From Promethearchaeota archaeon (GTDB lineage Archaea; Asgardarchaeota; Lokiarchaeia; Sigyniarchaeales; SOKP01), in NCBI GenBank assembly GCA_030606485.1, contig JAUWGH010000004.1, positions 270,001 through 302,000 of the forward strand: 32,000 nucleotides of DNA, read 5' to 3'. Positions 1 to 6,272 of this stretch are shown in pieces. The stretch's first letter is position 1. Every line of letters starts with the position of its first letter. Under the pieces are notes generated by a model. That model was given only the letters and a program-made list of their open reading frames with translations. It did not search any database and was not told the origin of the DNA. The translations under genes and the position numbers were made by a program.

Positions 1-2
1 TA

Positions 3-356
3 GATTATTCTAAAGAAAACGGAAAATATATAATTAAGACCGCGGAAATAATTACTGGTATTTTAAAATTATTACAAGATTCAAATAATAGAAGAGAAGA
101 TATCGCTGCAGCATTTCAAATTGAGATCGGTAAAGCTTTTGCAAATGTTGCCATTAAAGTGGCCAAACTAAATGAAATTAATAAAATTGGGCTAACAGGA
201 GGGGTTGCATATAATTATTCATTTAGTAATACAATCAAAAATCTAATTCTTGAGGAAGATCTGATATTTTTAGAACATGATTTAGTTGCTCCTGGTGATG
301 CAGGTATCAGCACTGGGCAATTAATTGGTGGAATTTTTAAATATAACAATTTATAA
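3..356 (+). CDS. hypF: Hydrogenase maturation carbamoyltransferase HypF, C-terminal part (5' end outside window)
   Basis: Frame is open from base 3 (DYSKENGKYIIKTAEII...). It carries the HypF/Kae1-like C-terminal motifs IGLTGGVAYN and APGDAGISTGQ. Confidence 0.85.
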   Translation, partial: DYSKENGKYIIKTAEIITGILKLLQDSNNRREDIAAAFQIEIGKAFANVAIKVAKLNEINKIGLTGGVAYNYSFSNTIKNLILEEDLIFLEHDLVAPGDAGISTGQLIGGIFKYNNL

Positions 357-396
357 TTTCAATTTTCCTTTTTTTTTCCATTATTTTTAATTAAAT

Positions 397-408
397 AAAG
401 TTTATTAA
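397..408 (+). promoter_or_regulatory. Putative archaeal BRE/TATA box for the LbH operon
   Basis: AAAG-TTTATTAA about 40 bp upstream of the ATG at 449. Confidence 0.4.
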
Positions 409-448
409 ACAAACTTCAATGCTCATATTAAGAAATTAAGGGAAAAAA

Positions 449-1270
449 ATGAGTGAAGAAAAAAGAAAAATTCACAGTGAAGGTTATTACATTTTTAGTT
501 TTATTTCAATGCACATTTTTTCTTTCGGGGTAGCTGGAATAATATTTATATTTTTTATTAAGAATTTCTTTATCCCTAATGTATTAAATGTTTCAAACTT
601 TTTTGATCTTATTTTAATACCAGAATCATTGATTACAATATTTCTTACTCCTGGAATTATAATTTTAAGCTATTTAATCCATCTCTTTTTAGTAGCAATT
701 GTCTTAAAATTGATATATAATCATACAGAGAAGTTGGAACCAATGAAAGCGGGAATTATACCGAGAGAAAAAAATAGTAGAGCTTTAAAATATTACCATA
801 TACGATCATATATTTTAAGATATCCTAAATGGGCATTCACAAAAAGTCCGTTTCCTTGGCTCGCTATTAAACTATTTAATTTCGTTGGAACAACTAATTA
901 TGGCAAAGGAACAACTCTAGAAGAACAAGTCTGTGGTGAAAAATATATCACGACTGGAAAAAATTGTTATTTTGGAGTAAATGGTGTATTAACTAGCCAT
1001 TTAGTAGAAGGAAGTTTTGGAAATGTACAATTATTTCCCATTAAAATAGGAAATAACGTTAGTCTCTCAACATTTGCTTGTATTCCGCCAGGAACAGAGA
1101 TAGAGGATAATGTAGTGATGTTTCCAGTATCTGGTAGCGCAAAAAATGAGATTTTGAAAAGCAATAACTATTATATAGGAATGCCTGTAAGAAAACTATT
1201 TACTAAAAAAATAAAAGAATTAACGAAACTTAGCGAAGAACAAATAGGTCTAAAGAAAAAACTAAAATAA
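449..1270 (+). CDS. Membrane-anchored left-handed beta-helix (hexapeptide repeat) acyltransferase-like protein, paralog 1
   Basis: Two N-terminal hydrophobic helices, then hexapeptide repeats (TTGKNCYFG, IKIGNNVSL, IPPGTEIEDNV) and a terminal YIGMP motif. Confidence 0.75.
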   Translation: MSEEKRKIHSEGYYIFSFISMHIFSFGVAGIIFIFFIKNFFIPNVLNVSNFFDLILIPESLITIFLTPGIIILSYLIHLFLVAIVLKLIYNHTEKLEPMKAGIIPREKNSRALKYYHIRSYILRYPKWAFTKSPFPWLAIKLFNFVGTTNYGKGTTLEEQVCGEKYITTGKNCYFGVNGVLTSHLVEGSFGNVQLFPIKIGNNVSLSTFACIPPGTEIEDNVVMFPVSGSAKNEILKSNNYYIGMPVRKLFTKKIKELTKLSEEQIGLKKKLK

Positions 1271-1288
1271 TTGGAAGTTCTTAAAGCC

Positions 1289-2107
1289 ATGAATGAATTA
1301 TCCGATATAAATGACATAGAGATTGATATTTTAACAAACAATCCCATTGAAAAAAATTCTTTAAAATATATTTGGTTATATGTTCCGATTATATGGTTTA
1401 GTGGAACCTTAGTGATAATTCAATTTACTGCTTTTTGGAGGGACTATGCCTGGATACCTCCACTATTTTATTTGTTATTACCATGGGTGATTTTTATAGA
1501 TTTTTTCATTTTTATTTTCACTTCATTGTTTATTACAAAACTCATATTAATTTTCGTTGAGCTTCTTCACAAACCTAGAGAAGGTGTTTTTAACATTAAA
1601 GAAGAGAAGCGAGAATACAATTTCTGGTGCATTAGAAGAGTTTTAAAAAAATATATTATATGGATTATGCGAAACAGCCCAATGCCATACATTGACATAA
1701 TTGGTTTTAAGTTGATCGGAATCAAAGCAGATTTTTCAAGTTCAATTTTAGATTGCTGGATTGACTTAGAATTTGTTGAAACTGGAAAGAGAGTTTTTCT
1801 TGGGCAGGGTTCATCGATTTTAAGTAGTATGGTAATAGGAAATTATTTAATTATAAAAAAGGTTATTCTTGAAGATAATGTAGTATTGGGAGGCGTAGCA
1901 CAAATATCTCCAGGGACAATTGTAAGAGAAAATACAATAATTGGCGCAGGAACGATGACTAGTTTTAATCAAGAACTAGATCCAAATTGGGTCTATATCG
2001 GAAGACCTGCCAAAAAGTTTAAACCAAATAAATATGCGGAAAGTAATAGGGATATTAGAATAATGAAAGATGTTGCTAAAGGAATAAAGTTTACAGAAAA
2101 AATCTAA
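1289..2107 (+). CDS. Membrane-anchored LbH acyltransferase-like protein, paralog 2
   Basis: Two TM helices, HKPREGVF...YNFW, hexapeptide repeats (VILEDNVVLGG, ISPGTIVRENTIIG) and WVYIGRP. ATG at 1289 is preferred over TTG at 1271. Confidence 0.75.
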   Translation: MNELSDINDIEIDILTNNPIEKNSLKYIWLYVPIIWFSGTLVIIQFTAFWRDYAWIPPLFYLLLPWVIFIDFFIFIFTSLFITKLILIFVELLHKPREGVFNIKEEKREYNFWCIRRVLKKYIIWIMRNSPMPYIDIIGFKLIGIKADFSSSILDCWIDLEFVETGKRVFLGQGSSILSSMVIGNYLIIKKVILEDNVVLGGVAQISPGTIVRENTIIGAGTMTSFNQELDPNWVYIGRPAKKFKPNKYAESNRDIRIMKDVAKGIKFTEKI

Positions 2108-2127
2108 GAAGAGGTAATTAACTAAAG

Positions 2128-2979
2128 ATGGCTCAACCTGTCAGTTTAAAAATTCCACCATTTACTACAAATGTCTTATCTAAGAAACGATATCTTATTA
2201 TATATTTTATTTTAATGTGGGTGAGTTTCTTTCCTCCTATTATAGAATTTTGGTTTTATTGGAGAATGTTTTACATCAATAGTCCAATGTTATTCTATTT
2301 CTTATTACCATTAGAATTACTTCTTGTATATCTCACATTAGTTTTTAGCTCAATAATATTTGCTAGATTAGCTTTAATTTTTGTAAATTTGTTTCATAAA
2401 CCTCGTGAAGGAGTTTTTCCAAGAGATCCTAAGAATAAAGACTATAATTATTGGAGCCTTCGATCAGTTATTCAAAAATGGGCAGCGTGGATAAGTCATA
2501 CTTTCCCAATTCCTTGGCATGATGTAATTTTGTTTAAAATAATGGGTGTAAAAACTCATTTCTCTAATTCTACTTACGGTGGATATATCTCTTTAGAATT
2601 TGTTGAATTAGGAAAAAATGTGTCATTAGGGGATGGGTCCTCAATTTTTGGTAGTATCATTATCGGAAATTATCTGATCATTAAAAAAATTAAAATTGGG
2701 GATAACGTAATAATCAGCACTCATTCAGTTGTTATGCCTGGAACAATTATTGGAGATAATTGTATTTTATCCGCATATTCATTAACAGCAGTTGATCAAG
2801 AATTAGAAGAGGGCTGGATTTATATGGGAACACCTGTAAAAAAATATAAAGAAAATAAGTTTTTTGATATGGACTTAAAGATTTTATTTGATGAAAAAAA
2901 AGATGTTTCTGAAAAATGGACAAAATTTGTAGAAAAAAGAGACGCCTTGATTTCAAAAGAAAAAAAAAAAGAACTTTAG
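2128..2979 (+). CDS. Membrane-anchored LbH acyltransferase-like protein, paralog 3
   Basis: Two TM helices, HKPREGVF...YNYW, hexapeptide repeats (IKIGDNVII, VMPGTIIGDNCIL) and WIYMGTP. Clearly homologous to the two upstream ORFs. Confidence 0.75.
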   Translation: MAQPVSLKIPPFTTNVLSKKRYLIIYFILMWVSFFPPIIEFWFYWRMFYINSPMLFYFLLPLELLLVYLTLVFSSIIFARLALIFVNLFHKPREGVFPRDPKNKDYNYWSLRSVIQKWAAWISHTFPIPWHDVILFKIMGVKTHFSNSTYGGYISLEFVELGKNVSLGDGSSIFGSIIIGNYLIIKKIKIGDNVIISTHSVVMPGTIIGDNCILSAYSLTAVDQELEEGWIYMGTPVKKYKENKFFDMDLKILFDEKKDVSEKWTKFVEKRDALISKEKKKEL

Positions 2980-3017
2980 AATTCCATATCAAAACCCAAT
3001 ATTTTATAAAAAATAAA

Positions 3018-3044
3018 TTAGTCTTTTATTTTTTTGAATTGTAA
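3018..3044 (+). promoter_or_regulatory. 27-bp upstream element, copy 1 (before the QueG-like gene)
   Basis: TTAGTCTTTTATTTTTTTGAATTGTAA, 26/27 identical to 3846-3872. Confidence 0.5.
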
Positions 3045-3087
3045 TAAATAATAAAAATTAAAAGATTTTATGGGATGCTAACTCAGA

Positions 3088-3768
3088 ATGGAGCGAAATA
3101 AGAGATTAACAGAAAAAGTTAAAAAATATTGCAGAAAAGTTGGTATAGATATAGTTGGATTTGCAGATACCAAACATTATAATCGATTTCCAGAGGATAA
3201 CCAACCTCAAAACTATTTAAAAGGGTCTCAGACCGTCATAATTCTTGGATTCCATTTACACGACATAATTCTTGATGCATGGAACCAAAATCAAAAAACT
3301 GGCAAAAGTTATCATTTTGCTGATGCAATATTAGAGAATTTTTGCAATTTGGTAAAAAAATTTATTAAAAAACAAGGATACGATTCCAAAATAATCTCAT
3401 ATTCCCCAGGTTTATTTTTAAAAGATTCAGCGGCATTAGCAGGAATAGGTCCCATTGGGAAAAATAATTTGCTAATTACTGAACATTTTGGCTCACAAGT
3501 GCGATTAAGAGCATTAACTACAACAGCTCCATTGGTATGTGGAACGCCTATTTCTGAAAGTAAATATTGCAAAGAATGTAATATATGTATTGAATCATGC
3601 CCTGCTAGCGCATTTCCTGATGGAAAATATAATAAGGATATATGTCGACCTTACGCAATATCACATTTGAAGAATTTATCCGAAAATACCGCGATATGGT
3701 GTAATATTTGTATTGAATCTTGTCCTTTTACCAAGATCGAATATAAAAAAATTTTTGAAAAGAAATAA
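3088..3768 (+). CDS. Epoxyqueuosine reductase (QueG)-like 4Fe-4S protein
   Basis: DIVGFAD, AALAGIGPIGKNNLLITEHFGSQVRLRAL, and the Fe-S motifs CKECNICIESCP and CNICIESCP. Confidence 0.75.
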   Translation: MERNKRLTEKVKKYCRKVGIDIVGFADTKHYNRFPEDNQPQNYLKGSQTVIILGFHLHDIILDAWNQNQKTGKSYHFADAILENFCNLVKKFIKKQGYDSKIISYSPGLFLKDSAALAGIGPIGKNNLLITEHFGSQVRLRALTTTAPLVCGTPISESKYCKECNICIESCPASAFPDGKYNKDICRPYAISHLKNLSENTAIWCNICIESCPFTKIEYKKIFEKK

Positions 3769-3845
3769 ATCAAATTATTTGGGTTTTAATTTTCATTAAT
3801 AATCCTTTTAAAGGAATTTAGAAAAAATGTTAAGATTAAATAGAG

Positions 3846-3872
3846 TTAGTCTTTTATTTTTTGGAATTGTAA
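3846..3872 (+). promoter_or_regulatory. 27-bp upstream element, copy 2 (before hdrC)
   Basis: TTAGTCTTTTATTTTTTGGAATTGTAA, one mismatch to copy 1. Confidence 0.5.
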
Positions 3873-3905
3873 CAAAATTAAATTATAAAAAAATAGTGAC
3901 TCGAT

Positions 3906-4436
3906 TTGGCAGTTATTGATTTTGAATTTCGTAATAGTATTATCCAAAAAGATTTGGGAAATACACTTGCTTACTGTTATCAATGTGGAACATGCTCTGG
4001 AGCTTGTCCAGTGGCTCAAGTAACCAAGGGTAGATATAACCCGAGAAAATTAATTTTAAATTCACTTTTAGGGCTTAAAGAGAATTTATTATTAGGTGCC
4101 GAAAATAACTTTAATATCTGGGGTTGCACTGTTTGTGATACTTGCGATGAAATGTGCCCTCAGAATGTTGAGTTAACCGAGATTTTTATCTTATTAAAAA
4201 ATATGAGTGTTGAAAAAGGAGAAGCTCCTGAGTATTATACCACTCAAGCAAAATTTATTTTAGAACATGGTAAGGCTATTCCATTAGCACCTGCAATAGA
4301 GAGAAGACGCGACCAGATGGGATTACCTAAAGCACCAAAAGTTGATAAAAAAGAGATTAGAGCATTACTGAAGGAAACCGGGCTTGTAAAAATAATTGGT
4401 CCATTAGAAGAAGAAAAGAAGGAGGGAGTAAAATAA
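3906..4436 (+). CDS. hdrC: Heterodisulfide reductase subunit C
   Basis: CYQCGTCSGACP and CTVCDTCDEMCP ferredoxin motifs. Stop overlaps the start of the downstream CCG-domain gene (TAATG). Confidence 0.85.
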   Translation: MAVIDFEFRNSIIQKDLGNTLAYCYQCGTCSGACPVAQVTKGRYNPRKLILNSLLGLKENLLLGAENNFNIWGCTVCDTCDEMCPQNVELTEIFILLKNMSVEKGEAPEYYTTQAKFILEHGKAIPLAPAIERRRDQMGLPKAPKVDKKEIRALLKETGLVKIIGPLEEEKKEGVK

Positions 4437-5317
4437 TGGAAGAATATGATTTATTCCCTGGATGTGTCATTCAAAATCGAATTCCTTACATAGAAGATTC
4501 GGCAAGAAAAGTTTTTGACAAACTGGGAATAAAAACATCCGATGCACCTTTCGGTTGCTGCCCAGATCCAGTAGGATTTAATGCAGTTCATCATAAGAGC
4601 TGGATGGCTATGAGTGCCCGAAATTTAACGATTGCGGAAATTGACGGCAGATCTATTGCCTCATTATGTAATGGATGCACTCAGACTCTAAAAGCAGTTA
4701 ATGTCGAATTAAAACAGAGTGAAGAAGAAAAGGATTCAATAAATGCAGTTCTGGCAAAGATTGGTCGAGAATTTAAAGGTACTATTAGTGTAAAACACTT
4801 TGTGCAAATTTTAATCGAAGATGTGAGTATAGAAAAGATTAAAGAAGCTATAACGACACCATTCACTGGCCTTAAAGTTGCTTGCCATACGGGATGCCAT
4901 TACGCTAGACCATCTCATATTATGCAATGGGACGATCCTATGGAACCCAAGTGTCTGCGTGAATTAGTTGAGGCAACTGGTGCAACTGCAGTTGATTACG
5001 ATGAAGAAGTTTTATGTTGCGGAGCAGGTGTAGGAAATACTGAAGAAGAGCCAGCAATGCAAATATTAAAGCAAAAATTTAATAGCGCTATTCAGGCTGG
5101 TGCTGAGTGCTTCGTAGTAATATGCCCTGCATGTTTCCAACAGATGGATGGGAACCAACGAATCTTAAAAAAAATGTTTGAAAAAGATTATAATATTCCA
5201 ATATTGTATTTAACTGAATTATTTGCACTTGCAATGGGGTATAAATATGATGACCTTAACTTAAAACTTCATAGAGCGCGTCCGCAAGCATTGTTAGAAA
5301 AATATAATGCTGTTTAA
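4436..5317 (+). CDS. hdrB: Heterodisulfide reductase subunit B
   Basis: Two CCG domains: FPGC, GCCPDP, CNGC, CHTGCH, LCCGAG, CPAC. Confidence 0.9.
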   Translation: MEEYDLFPGCVIQNRIPYIEDSARKVFDKLGIKTSDAPFGCCPDPVGFNAVHHKSWMAMSARNLTIAEIDGRSIASLCNGCTQTLKAVNVELKQSEEEKDSINAVLAKIGREFKGTISVKHFVQILIEDVSIEKIKEAITTPFTGLKVACHTGCHYARPSHIMQWDDPMEPKCLRELVEATGATAVDYDEEVLCCGAGVGNTEEEPAMQILKQKFNSAIQAGAECFVVICPACFQQMDGNQRILKKMFEKDYNIPILYLTELFALAMGYKYDDLNLKLHRARPQALLEKYNAV

Positions 5318-5369
5318 TTTTTTCATATTTTTTATTTTAAATTTTAACTTCTTTTAATTATTAGGTAAA

Positions 5370-5873
5370 ATGAGTAGTAGAGAGAAGCAATTTCCTTACA
5401 AGTCTATATTGGTCGTTTGTAGCGTTAATACCGCGAGGAGTCCAATGGCAGTAGAGTTTTTAAAGAAAATGCTTGCAGATAATGGCATATATAATGTCGA
5501 TGTCTATTCAGGTGGGATATCATCTCATGCGAGAGACGGAATGTTGATAAGTCTAGATTCTAAATTAGTTATGAGCGAAGTGGGGATAAATTTACCTGAT
5601 GATTATTTATCTATTGATTTAAAGAAACACCGAGATTTAATTAAAAAAGCAGATTTGATTTTAACTTTAACTGAGCAGCATAAAAAAGAAATTAAAAATT
5701 TTGATGAATCAAAAGGTAAGGAGATTCTAACATTAAAAGAAATTGCTGAGGAGACGGGAGATATTGGAGACCCATCGATGAAGGAATTGGGCGGTTTTAG
5801 GCAGGCAAGAGATGAAATTAAAATATGTTTAGAAAAAGGGTTAAAAAAAATTTTAATTTTATTCAATATTTAA
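5370..5873 (+). CDS. Low-molecular-weight protein tyrosine phosphatase / arsenate reductase family
   Basis: P-loop VVCSVNTARSPMA (Cx5R) and the downstream IGDP acid motif. Confidence 0.85.
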   Translation: MSSREKQFPYKSILVVCSVNTARSPMAVEFLKKMLADNGIYNVDVYSGGISSHARDGMLISLDSKLVMSEVGINLPDDYLSIDLKKHRDLIKKADLILTLTEQHKKEIKNFDESKGKEILTLKEIAEETGDIGDPSMKELGGFRQARDEIKICLEKGLKKILILFNI

Positions 5874-6011
5874 TTGTGCATTTCCACCATTGTCGCTAAT
5901 ATCAATAACATCATATATTGTAGATGTCTCATCTAAAAAAACAATTATATATTTTTCTGGATCAAACCTTTCCAATATTTTAATTAATTTTTTTATTTTT
6001 ATATTTACCAC
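5859..6011 (-). CDS. Possible small hypothetical protein (~50 aa), below the ORF-track cutoff
   Basis: Hand translation from GTG: VVNIKIKKLIKILERFDPEKYIIVFLDETSTIYDVIDISDNGGNAQLNIE*. The start is uncertain. Confidence 0.3.
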   Translation of the reverse strand: MVNIKIKKLIKILERFDPEKYIIVFLDETSTIYDVIDISDNGGNAQLNIE

Positions 6012-6089
6012 CTTTAATTTTAATTTTATTCATTCTTATATTATTTATTTCTTATAAATTATTCCCGGAACTTAATCTAATTACAATGT

Positions 6090-6166
6090 TATAAACACAT
6101 CTCTTTTAAAAATTTATTCCGAAAACGTTTACTATGAATATATATTAGAGAAATATAAAGGAAAAA
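6090..6166 (+). repeat. 77-bp dispersed repeat, copy 1
   Basis: 65/77 identical, ungapped, to 11207-11283 (hand alignment). Confidence 0.9.
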
Positions 6167-6272
6167 TCAAAAAAAAATTTCAAATTAAAGGATTAAAAAA
6201 TTATGCATTTATTAAAAAATAAAATCAATTTTTTTTTTAATTTAAAAGAAAATAGTTTGAATATTTGAAAAT

